64,000 nt of DNA from the NCBI GenBank assembly GCA_000004695.1, contig CM000151.3:7552001-7616000 (forward strand), read 5' to 3'. The stretch comes from Dictyostelium discoideum. Its lineage: Eukaryota. The position numbers and the translations under genes were made by a program. A model generated the notes under the pieces. That model worked only from the letters and a program-made list of their open reading frames with translations, did no database searches and was not told the origin of the DNA. Below, in pieces: positions 29,914 to 41,643 of the stretch (position 1 is its first letter; each line of letters opens with the position of its first letter).

Positions 29914-30519
29914 ATGGCAACAATCTTTGATATTTTAAATACTCTTAATAATAATAATTTTAAAAATTGTAAAAGACAATGTCCAATTAATAAAAGCAAT
30001 AAAACAATTATTGATATAATACCATCAATGGATGTAACAATGACAAATGATAAACTAATCATTGAAACAGAGTTAGCAGGTATTTCAAAAGATGATATTG
30101 AAATTGACATTAAAGATTCAATACTCACTATTCAAGGTGAAAAGAAAAAGAATTTAAATAAACAACAACAACAATTAGTTAGTGAAAAATCATCAACATC
30201 ACCATCAACATTAGATAGCAAAGAAGATGAACCATCAATTGAAGAGTTTGAAGATGACATTAAACCAAAATCAGCCACCAGTACTACAACCACCACCACT
30301 AAAGAGAACAAAGATGATGAAAATAAAACAAAATCAAGTGATAAAAAGTTTATTTCAGAAAGATCATTTGGTAATTTTAAAAGATATTTAGATTTAACAA
30401 AAGTTTTATATCAATTAGATTTAAATTCAATCAATACTCAATTTGAAAATGGTTTATTAACAATTACAATCAATAAGAAATTACATTACTCAAATACAAT
30501 TAAAATTAATATAAATTAA
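29914..30519 (+). CDS. Small heat-shock protein (hspG-like), array copy E
   Basis: Intact 201-aa ORF. Confidence 0.8.
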
Positions 30520-30701
30520 CCAGTGGTCACCTTTATTTTCCTATTCTTTACAATTCTGAAAATACATGTACATAATAAATAATAATATATTTAATAAAAA
30601 ATAATAAATACTTTTTTGTAAATACTTTAAAATAAAAAAAAAAGCATTTAATTTAACATTTCTTTTTTCCTTTTTTTTATTGTTTTATTTATTTAATATT
30701 A

Positions 30702-31828
30702 TTATTCAAAATTAATTTTATTTTTTGATATTACCATTACTGCCATAGAATAGGAATATTTAAAACCTAATTTTTCAATAAGAGAAATTGAATTTATATT
30801 ATCATGTGATGTTGAACATAATGGTATAATATTATTTTCAATTGATGATAATGTTAATTTTGCTTTTACTTTTAATGCAACACCTTTACATCTAAATTCT
30901 GGTAACGTGTATAAATTTGATGATTTTCCATCAGATTTAATAAAATTCCAACAAACTAAATCATTACTATTTTTAACTTTCTTTTCTTTTTCATCATTTT
31001 CATCAAAAACTATATTGACTTTATTATTATTTTTATTTTTATTATTATAATTATTATTATTATTATAATTATTAATTTTATAACCAAATGCTAAACCATT
31101 TTCAATTGCCCAAAATATTTCATTTATTGAAAATTCCGTTTTATATTTATAATTGTCATTTATAAAATATGCATCAGATTTTGATAAAGGAACAATATTA
31201 TTATCATTTGAAATTATTGAATTTAATTTAGAAATTATTTTGATTTTATTATCTATATTATTGATATCAATAATATAATGATTAAAAGGAAATGTTTTAA
31301 CTTCAAATCCACATTCTTGGAAATATTTTTCAATGAATTTAACTAAAATTGGATTTTCAATATCTCCAAAATAAAAAGTATTACTAAATAAATAAATTAA
31401 AAAAGGAAAAAAGAAATTATTAGTTTTGAAATAATATGTATAAAAATTAATTATTACATTTCATTTGAAAAATGATGATTTAAAATTGCATCATTTAAAT
31501 TTGTTTTTTTTAATAGTTCCTCCATTTCAATAGCATTAAAACTATTGAAATATCCTTCTTTCCAATCAATTGATTTAATTACATTTTTAACGATTTCAAA
31601 ATCTAAATTTTCATTATTTAATGTAAATAATTTTATAAAATTTGTAATTAATGATATTGATACTATTACACTCGGTGAATCATAATTATCTGTAAAAAAT
31701 TCATATAATCCAATTTTAATTTGATTTTCAATAAAATCAAATTGAGGAAATCCTTTTGTTTTTTTGAAAAAACTTTTATCTTTTATATGTATTAATATTG
31801 ATTTTTTATTATTTTCTTTTAATAACAT
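30702..31828 (-). CDS. GNAT acetyltransferase-like gene, array copy 3: complement(join(30702..31383,31458..31828))
   Basis: Exon 1 (ORF 31454..31828) is intact. Donor GTAATAA at 31457 and acceptor TTATTTAG ending at 31384. Exon 2 is open to TAA at 30702-30704 and is absent from the ORF track only because it has no internal Met. Confidence 0.55.
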
Positions 31829-32574
31829 ATTTATTTTATTTATTTATTTATTTATTTATTTATTAATTTATTTTTATTTATTTGTTAATTAATAGGGATA
31901 AAATTAAAAATGAAAATAATATTTTTTTTTAATAAATTACTCTATAAAAAATCAACCTTAAATTTAAATGATAACCAATGTTTTTTAAATTAATATAAAA
32001 AAAATTAATTTAAAAACATTAAATATTATTAAATTTTATTAATAATAAAACACGAAAAATACTAATAATTAATAAAACTAATAAAAGAATTATTTATAAA
32101 TTACCACCAATGATTGAAACCGAATTGATAATTTTCTTTTTTAAACATTTTTATGGAGATAAAAAAAAAAATAAAAAAAAAAAAAAAAATAAAAAAAAAA
32201 TATAAAAAAAACAGATATAAAATAGAACAAATAAGAAAAAAAAAAATTAATTAATTAATTAAAATAATGAAAAAGTGTTTTTAAAAAAATGACAAAGTGT
32301 TTTTGTTTTAATTATGATAAATTAATATTATTTTAGATATATTTTTTTTATTTTTTTAATTTCAATTTAAATTACAAATCATACATTATATTGTTCATCA
32401 GTTGAATTTTCTTACATAATTGCATAAACATCTTGCATAAATAATTAAAAATAAATAAAAAAACAAAAAGTGTACACATTGTGATTTTAAATTTTAAATC
32501 TTTATTTAATTTTATTTTATTTTATTTTATTTATTTTTTTCTTTAATTATTAAAAGTTTATCCAATTAGGATAG

Positions 32575-32690
32575 AATTAAAAATTGCAGGCCGAATTGTT
32601 TCGGACTGCGTTGTGGAATAGTTTGCAAAAAGCACTAACAGTGGATCCCTTATCGGTCACGCCCTACTGCTTTGGTCCCAGCGTAAAGAC
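32575..32690 (-). ncRNA. Candidate small non-coding RNA gene: a GC-rich island of about 110 nt in AT-rich intergenic DNA, with a DUSE-like upstream element
   Basis: The plus strand has ggccgaattgtttcggactgcgttgtgg...ggatcccttatcggtcacgccctactgctttggtcccagcg. On the minus strand the motif TTGCCCATAAC (plus 32745-32755) lies about 60 bp upstream of the island. The minus-strand transcript would end ...GGCCTGCAATTTTT (a T-run). It contains the local hairpin CCGAA-TTGT-TTCGG. Confidence 0.3.
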
Positions 32691-33240
32691 AAAATAAAAA
32701 AATCCTTCTAAATCTTAATAAATATTATCATTTGTTAATATTATTGTTATGGGCAATTTCCCTATAATAAAATTTTCAATAATTGAATTATTTACAACAA
32801 TAGGAACAATATTAATTAAAGGGTTATATAAAAATAAAAAATTCTAAAGTAAATTTTTAAAAAAAAAAAAAATAAAAAAAAAAAATAAAAATTTTTCAAA
32901 AAGTTTATTTATTTTTATTAAAAATAAAATTATATTTGAACCTAAAGTTGAAGTACAAGTTGGTTTTGAAATTTAACTAAAAAAAAAAAAAAAAAAATGT
33001 TTGTGATTATTCAATTGTTTTTCATTTACTTACGCAATGTTTTCCAGTGGAAGTTTAGCTATAAAATAACAATGGTTCATTAAATCTTCGTGTAAAATAA
33101 TTTTTTGTGAATAACTTCGATGTAATGGTGATTGAAAATGAAAAAAAAAAATAACATAAATAGTTTTTTTTTTTTTTTTGATTAAAACAAAAACAAATAA
33201 ATAAATAAATAAATTAATAAATTGATAAATTAATCAGAAA

Positions 33241-33882
33241 ATGGCAACAATCTTTGATATTTTAAATACTCATAATAATAATAATAATTTTGAAAATTGT
33301 AAAAGACAATGCTCAACCAATAAAAGCAATAAAACGATAATTGATATACTACCATCAATGGATGTAACAATGACAAATGATAAACTAATCATTGAAACAG
33401 AGTTAGCAGGTATTTCAAAAGATCATATTGAAATTGACATTAAAGATTCAATACTCACTATTTAAGGTGAAAAGAAAAAGAATTTAAATAAACAACAACA
33501 ACAACAACAACAACAAAAACAATTAGTTATTGAAAAATCAACATCATCAACAACATCATTAGATAGAAAAGAAGATGAAGCATCAATTGAAGAGTTTGAA
33601 GATGATATTAAACCAAAATCAAAATCTGATAATACAACTGTATCTACAGCCACCACCACCACTAAAGAGAACAAAGAAGACGAAAATAAAACAAAATCAA
33701 CTGATAAAAAGTTTATTTCAGAAAGATCATTTGGTAATTTTAAAAGATATTTAGATTTAACAAAAATTTTATATCAATTAGATTTAAATTCAATCAATAC
33801 TCAATTTGAAAATGGTTTATTAACAATTACAATCAATAAGAAATTACATTATTCAAATACAATTAAAATTAATATAAATTAA
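33241..33882 (+). pseudogene. Small heat-shock protein (hspG-like), array copy F, with an in-frame nonsense codon
   Basis: It is in frame throughout with the other copies, except TAA at 33463-33465 (ILTI*GEKK, where others have CAA/Gln). The rest, ...[16 protein letters not shown]...ININ*, is intact in the same frame. Confidence 0.7.
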
Positions 33883-34048
33883 CCAGTGACCACCTTTATT
33901 TTCCCTTCTCTATAATGTTAAATATTAAATAAAACAATAAAAAATAAAAAAAAGGAAAAAGAAATATTAAATTAAATATTTTTTTTTTTATTTAAAGTAT
34001 TTATTATTTTATTTTTGAATATATTGTGTGTTATTATTATTATTATTA

Positions 34049-34106
<58 letters not shown>

Positions 34107-34124
34107 CTAAATGTATTTTCACAA

Positions 34125-35242
34125 TTAAAAATTAATTTTATTTTTTGATATTACCATTACTGCTATAGAATAGGAATATTTAAAACCTAATTTTTCAATG
34201 AGAGAATTTGATTTAGTATTGTCATGTGCTGTTGAACATAGTGGTATAATATTATTTTCAATTGATGATAATGTTAATTTTGCTTTAACTTTTAATGCAA
34301 TACCTTTACATCTAAACTCTGGTAATGTAAATAAATTTGATGATTTTCCATCAGATTTAATAAAATTCCAACAAACTAAATTATTATTATTATAATAATT
34401 ATTAATATTGTTTTCATCATTTTCATCAACAACTCTATTGACTTTATTATTGTTATTATTATTAATTTTATAACCAAAAGCTAAACCATTTTCAATTGCC
34501 CAAAGTAATTCATTTATTGAAAATTCCGTTTTGTATCTATAATTGTCATCTATATAATATGCATCAGATTTTGATAAAGGAACAATATTATCATCATCTG
34601 AAATTATAGAATTTAATTTAGAAATTACTTTGGTTTTATTGTCAATATCATTAATATCAATAATATAATGATTAAAAGGAAATTTTTTAACTTCAAATCC
34701 ACATTCTTGGAAATATTCTTCAATGAATTTAACTAAAATTGGGTTTTCAATATCTCCAAAATAAAAAGTATTACTAAAAAAAAAAAAAAAAGGAAAAAAA
34801 AAAAAAATATACTTTATTAGTTTTGAAATAATATATATATATATATATTGCTAATTAAAATTAATTATTACATTTCATTTGAAAAATGATGATTTAAAAT
34901 TGCATCATTTAAATTTGTTTTTTTTAATAGTTCCTCCATTTCAATAGCATTTATACTATTTAAATATCCTTTTTCCCAATCAATTGATTTAATTACATTT
35001 TTAACGATTTTAAAATCTAGATTTTCATTATTTAATGTAAATAATTTTATAAAATTTGTAATTAATGATATTGATACTATTACACTCGGTGAATCATAAT
35101 TATCTGTAAAATATTCATATAATCCAATTTTAGTTTGGTTTTCAATAAAATCAAATTGAGGAAATCCTTTTGTTTTTTTGAAAAAACTTTTATCTTTTAT
35201 AGGTATTAATATTGATTTTTTATGATTTTCTTTTAATAACAT
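34125..35242 (-). CDS. GNAT acetyltransferase-like gene, array copy 4: complement(join(34125..34773,~34872..35242))
   Basis: Exon 1 ORF 34868..35242 is intact. The same GTAATAA donor and TTTTTTAG acceptor are present. Exon 2 is open to TAA at 34125-34127. Confidence 0.55.
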
Positions 35243-36145
35243 TTTTATTTATTTATAAATAGGAATAAAATTAAAAAAATGAATAAGTGTTTTTTTTCTT
35301 TATTATAATTTTATATGTTTTATATTTATTTTTTTTTTTTTCAATTTTTTTTTTAATTTCATTATTGTTAATTTGGTCTTCTAACTTAAATGTATAAACA
35401 TATCATTTTTTTTATATTTTTTTTTATTTTTTTTATTTATTTTTAGGGGGGTGGGGTGGTGTGGTAGGTCACATGTTTCACCAAAAATCATTTAAATTAA
35501 AAATTAAAGGTGTTTTAAATATAAAAAAAGGTTAAAAAATGCAGGATTTACTTTTTTTATATTTAGATTTATTTTAATTTTACAATCAAAATAAAATTAC
35601 GTTTTAATTTAACAGTTACCTTTTAAAAAATTAATATAAAAGACCCAAAATAACACTTAATCAATTAGTGAACAGAAAATGTTTTTAGGCAGTTGAAAGT
35701 TAATAATTTTTGTGGTGGTAATGATGGATAATCAGAATGCACCAAAATTATTTTTTATATTTTAATGTATTTCAATCCGATGAGAAAAATTTAAATAAAA
35801 ATTAAAAAAAAAAAAAAAAGTTATTTTTAGTGTTTAGTCTCTTTTTTTTTTTTTTTTTAAATTTTATTTCCAGATTTTTTACCCCTTTTTATTTTTTTTA
35901 TTTTTTTCAAAAATTTCATTTAATTTCCAATTATTTTTCATTTATTCCTACAATGTTTTTCAGTGGAAGTTAAGTTATAAAATAGCAATGATTCATAAAA
36001 TGTTCGTGTAAAATAATTATTGTGAATGACTCCCATGTAATGGTGATTCACAACTTTAAGAATAAAAATATTTTCAAAATGAAAAAAAAATAATATAAAT
36101 AGTTTGAAAACCTTTCTTTTTTTTTTTCATTAAATCAAAAACAAA

Positions 36146-36197
<52 letters not shown>

Positions 36198-36266
36198 AGA
36201 TTAATAAATAAATAAATAAATAAATAATAAATTAATAAATTAATAAATTGATAAATTAATCAGAAA

Positions 36267-36516
36267 ATGGCAACAATCTTTGATATTTTAAATACTCTTA
36301 ATAATAATAATTTTGAAAATTGTAAAAGACAATGCTCAACCAATAAAAGCAATAAAACAATTATTGATATACTACCACCAATGGATGTAACAATTACAAA
36401 TGATAAACTAATCATTGAAACAGAGTTAGCAGGTATTTCAAAAGATCAAATTGAAATTGACATTAAAGATTCAATACTCACTATTCAAGGTGAAAGAAAA
36501 GATTTAAATAAACAAC

Positions 36517-36554
<38 letters not shown>

Positions 36555-36916
36555 TTAGTTATAGAAAAATCAACATCAACATCATCAACTTTTAGATAGA
36601 AAAGAAGATGAAGCATCAATTGAAGAAGTTTGAAGATGATATTAAACCAAAATCAAAATCTGACAACAGAACTGTATCTACTACAACCACCGCTACTAAA
36701 GAGAATAAAGAAGATGAAAATAAAACAAAATCAAGTGATAAAAAGTTTATTTCAGAAAGATCATTTGGTAATTTTAAAAGATATTTAGATTTAACAAAAG
36801 TTTTATATCAATTAGATTTATATTCAATCAATACTCAATTTGAAAATGGTTTATTAACAATTACAATCAATAAGAAATTACATTATTCAAATACAATTAA
36901 AATTAATATAAATTAA
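36267..36916 (+). pseudogene. Small heat-shock protein (hspG-like), array copy G, frameshifted
   Basis: Split into ORFs 36267..36599 and 36608..36916. Indels relative to the other copies include a 'tcaacatcaacatcatcaactttt' insertion and 'gaagaagtttg' with an extra 'a'. Confidence 0.7.
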
Positions 36917-37218
36917 CCAGTGACCACTTTTATTTTCCCTTCTTTATAATTCTGGAAATACATGTACATAATAATAAATAATAATACATTTAATAAAATA
37001 ATAAAATAAATACTTTTTGTAAAAACTTTAAAATAAATATGAAATTAATTTTTTCCTTTTTATGATTTTCTTTTTAAACTCTTTGATATGTATATATAAG
37101 TAATTATGAAAAAAATTTAAATTTATTTGATATGATTTTAAGACACGTATTAATTATAAACATCAAACTACAAATAGGGTTTTTTATTATATATATAAAA
37201 AAATTGTTGAAATTTTAT

Positions 37219-39516
37219 TTATTTGTTAATTTTTTTTAACTTGTTTAAAAGAACACTTTCACCTTTTTTACGATAAATTAAAAAACCAATTGCACCAATT
37301 GCGGAAACACCAACAACACTTGCAACTACAGCGACTGGGATAACATAACTTTTTCTTCCATCTTTTGAATTACCACATTCATTTTTAAATTCTGGACTAA
37401 TTAAGACTGAGAAATCTGGATCAATGATACAAGATTCAATGCAATGTGGTAAATCTAATGAAATTGAAATTGAATCCTTACTTTCATTTTTCATTGAAGT
37501 TAATAAATATGTTGGTCTTCCGTCTGAAACTAACTTGTTTATAAATCTTCCTTCTAAAATTTTATTATTTTTTGAAATTTTAATATAATTGAAAGTAGAT
37601 TCACCATCTTTATTATTGATTGTATTAATTGATGTATCCATTTCATTACATTCATTATCATCTGAATTTATTTGATCTACTGATGAAACTAATTCTAATT
37701 TTAAAGTATTTAAGTTATTTTTGTATGAATAGTTATAAATTCCAATACTAAATTTAATTGAACCATATTGTAAATTAAATGTTTCATCTGCAAATGTATA
37801 TTCTTTACCATTTCTGTTTGTAATTTCTTCAATCTTTGAAATAATTGAGCAATTGCTTTGAATTGTTTGAGATAATGTGTAAATAATTTCATTTTTGCTG
37901 TTTGTTGAATTTGTTGTCCAATTGTTTCGAAGAGAATATGTTGCTACTATATTACCATTAAAATCAATTTCGTATAATGATTTGAAAAAGATTTGGAATT
38001 GAACTTCTTGATTTGAAATTGTTGTATTACCAGTACCTGGATCGACACCAGTATCAGTTGGTGGGTTTCCGTTATTACCTCCATCGCTATCGCTATTGCT
38101 TCCTCCGTTATTACCTCCGCCTGGATTAATGATACCACTACAATCTGCACCATTGAATCCATTATTACATTTACATTGACCATTTAAAGTATTGCATGTA
38201 CCTTGATTTGAACATTTATTTGGACATGTTTGGTTATTAATATTTAAATATTGATATTTATCATAAGAGTATGTAATGTTATTTTGAGTTACAACTACAA
38301 GCTTTACACCAAAACCTGGAGGTGCTGTACAATTTAAAACTGTTGTTGAATTATATAGTAATGGACATGGTAAATTTCCAATTGTGATTGATAGATTATT
38401 ATGAGTATCACCAAAGAAGCCAATAAAGCTTGCAACACCACCATTGGTTGTTGAAGGTATTGTTGAAGTTATATAATGGTATGGTATTAAACAAGTTGGA
38501 CCTGACCAAGAATTTTCTTTACAATTGCATTCACCTTTAGTTGTGTCACATACACCATTTGAATTACAATCTAGTGGATCACACTCAATAAATAATATTG
38601 AACAATCACTACCTCGATGAGATGAATCACAAATACATTCACCTATGGTAGTATTGCAATAACCATTACCTGAACAATCTGGAACTGAACATTCAATACC
38701 TAAGCAATCACTACCTATAAATCCTGGTAAACATTTACAAGTACCTGAACTTAAATCGCAAATTGAATTAACTCCAACTGATGTTGAACAATCATTTGGA
38801 CAAACTTGATTATTATCGAAATTTGATTCGATCTTAATATATGCTTTTACATTGAATGAATCTTTTTCAATTGAAATTATTTGTAATGGAATTGTTGAAT
38901 TTGAAATTGGTAATTGTTTACCACTTTCCATTGTACATTGTGCTCCGAAAAAGTCACTACTTGTAATTGTTGAACAATTACCTACATTTTGAATTTGAAC
39001 TTGTTGATTTGTAAATCCTAAATAACTTGAAAAATGTGTACCACTTACTTGAATTTCATTACCTGTGCTTTTAATTAAAACTGATTTTATAATTGGTGGA
39101 ATATTATAATTTGTTGGGAATGTATATGTAACATTATTTGGAGTTGTGAATAAAACTGGAAAATATTCAACATTTTTCAAATTATTATTAGCTCCTACCA
39201 TTGTTGCTGTATAATTTTTACCATTTTGATTAATAACATATGTTGTTGGATCTAATGAAATTGTTAAATTAATTTTCCATAATGTTACATCGAATCCAAT
39301 ATCATTACCAGTTACCATTACTTTATTAAATATACCATCATTAATTAATTCTACTTTTGGTCTAAATGTTGTGCATGGTGTATTTGTATTAAAGTTTGAA
39401 AACTTATTACTAGCAAATCTTGAAAACATTGATTTTTGTGTTAATTTTGAATAACTATTTACTGTTGTTACATTAAAATAACATGCAAAACAAGATGGAA
39501 CTAATCTGAATATTTG

Positions 39517-39583
<67 letters not shown>

Positions 39584-41090
39584 ATTAATAAAAATAAGAA
39601 TTATGATAATAAAGAAATAATAATTAAAACCATACCCTGTTAAATTTCCCAGTGAAACAGCTATTTCAGTTGTGCACCATGATTTATCAATTGTGCCAGT
39701 AAATTTGGTTGTTCCTGTAAAATCAAATGAACCACCAGAACCTAAAAAAGGAGGGAATTGTTCACTTTTTATTGAATTTTGAAAATTTGTTGTAATATCT
39801 GGATTAAAATTTAGATTGTTTGGGAAAACTGTTAAATAACCTCCTATAAAGGATATTTCAATATTCTTTGGAACAATTAAGGGAAATGATCCATTGATAT
39901 TAAATGATGTCCCAGGAACCAATGTAATGGATTTATAAGTGTGGTTTTTAAATAATGTTATATCAAAGAATTCCTTTGGTTTCTTGAATATTGCTGAAAC
40001 ATATATATAAGGAATAATAGAATTATCAAATATATATTGATCTAATGTAGCATTTTGATTGAATGTATCATAGATTGTTAGCATTCCTGATTGATCAGTA
40101 ATTTGTAATTTCTTTAAAAATGAAATAGTTGAGTAATCAAATCTTGGAGAAATTTTAAATGTAACACCTCTTAATTTTTTATAACTTGATAAATCTGATA
40201 TACTATTCAAAGAAATTCTAAAATTTGTTAAGATTGATGATTCATCTGAATTTGCTCCATCTGTATTTAAATAATAATAACTATCAGATGAAAACATATT
40301 TAATGAATATGTAACTTTATCTAAATACTGCATTCTAAATATTGTATTATTTAAGTCATCGCTAAATAATTCACTTAAAATTATTTATTTTTGAAAAAAT
40401 TAAAATTATTTTAATATTATATATATATATATCTATGTATTAACATATAAAACAAAAATTATATTTTACATTAATCTATATGCAGGTAGAGGTTGTGTAA
40501 TTCCACCTAATATTCCAGAAATATTTGAATACCTTACTGTATTGGCAGCTGGAAATTTGTAATATATAAAATTTGGGGTCACTTTTAAATTTTTAACTAT
40601 TCTAAAATTATTATTTAATTACTATTAATATATTTTTTGGAATTATTTTTGACTAAAAAAAAAAAAAAAAACATACAATTCATCCATTTGAGGAAAGCAA
40701 TTTACAAAATTTAATGGGTCTAATATATTATCTGTTCCACCACTATTCAAAGCTAATCTAAAAAAAAAATAAAAAAAAAAAAAAAATAAAAAATTATTAG
40801 TTAATAATTTAAAAAAATCTAATTATTATATTTTAAATAAAAAAAATGAAATAAAAATAATTAATTTACGTTTTAATATTTAGATTGGTCGTGCAAACTA
40901 TATCAGTATTAGCGGTTGTACATATATCAACATATTGGTTATTGGTATCTTTGGTGAATTTTAAAAGGTTATAATCTTGTATCAATGTTGACAAACAATT
41001 ATATTCACTCGGAATAGGATTGACTGATAAACAACCAATAAAATTTAAAAATATTAAAAAAAGTAGTAATTTAAATTTTAACGAAATCAT
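37219..41090 (-). CDS. Type-I transmembrane glycoprotein with a signal peptide, a large N-terminal extracellular region, tandem EGF/laminin-EGF-like Cys repeats and a single C-terminal transmembrane helix. Five exons: complement(join(37219..39505,39636..40373,40470..40601,40677..40757,40870..41090)), about 1152 aa
   Basis: The signal peptide is MISLKFKLLLFLIFLNFIGC. The EGF-like units are CxCxxxxxGxDC. The transmembrane segment is YVIPVAVVASVVGVSAIGAIGFLIYRKKG. Minus-strand donors GTAAAT(40869), GTATGT(40676), GTAAAA(40469) and GTATGG(39635), with the corresponding AG acceptors, give a total of 3459 nt in frame. Confidence 0.65.
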
Positions 41091-41643
41091 TTTATTTGTT
41101 ATATAATGAAACGAATTAAAAAAAAAAAAAAAATCAAAAAATTTAGAAAGAAACTTGCTGAAAATGTTCATTGTTTTTTTTTCTTTTTTTTTTAAAAAAT
41201 ATCTGAAAAAATCTCCTATGTTGACGTTTTGTGTATTTTTTTTTTTTTTTTTTTCTCTGAAACAAATTGTTATTTTTTTTTTTTTTTTTAAAAACCATGT
41301 GTTTTTATTAAAGTTTTTTTTTTTTTTTTTTTTTTTTAGATATTTTCTAAAAATATCTTTTTTTTTTGACGATTTTGTTTCTGATAAGGGTGATTGGATG
41401 TACAAAAAATTTAAGCATTAAATTGGTGAAAAGTAATTTTATGTGGCTCTGGTGGGTTTGTCGCCTTTTTTTTTTTTTTTACTTTTATTTTTTTATTTTC
41501 TATGAGACTACCCTTAATTAGTTTCTGATCAGGACCTTTTTTTTAAGACACGTATTAATTATAAACATCAAACTACAAATAGGGTTTTTTATTATATATA
41601 AAAAAAAATTGATGAGAAAATTAAAAAATTGTTGAAATTTTAT

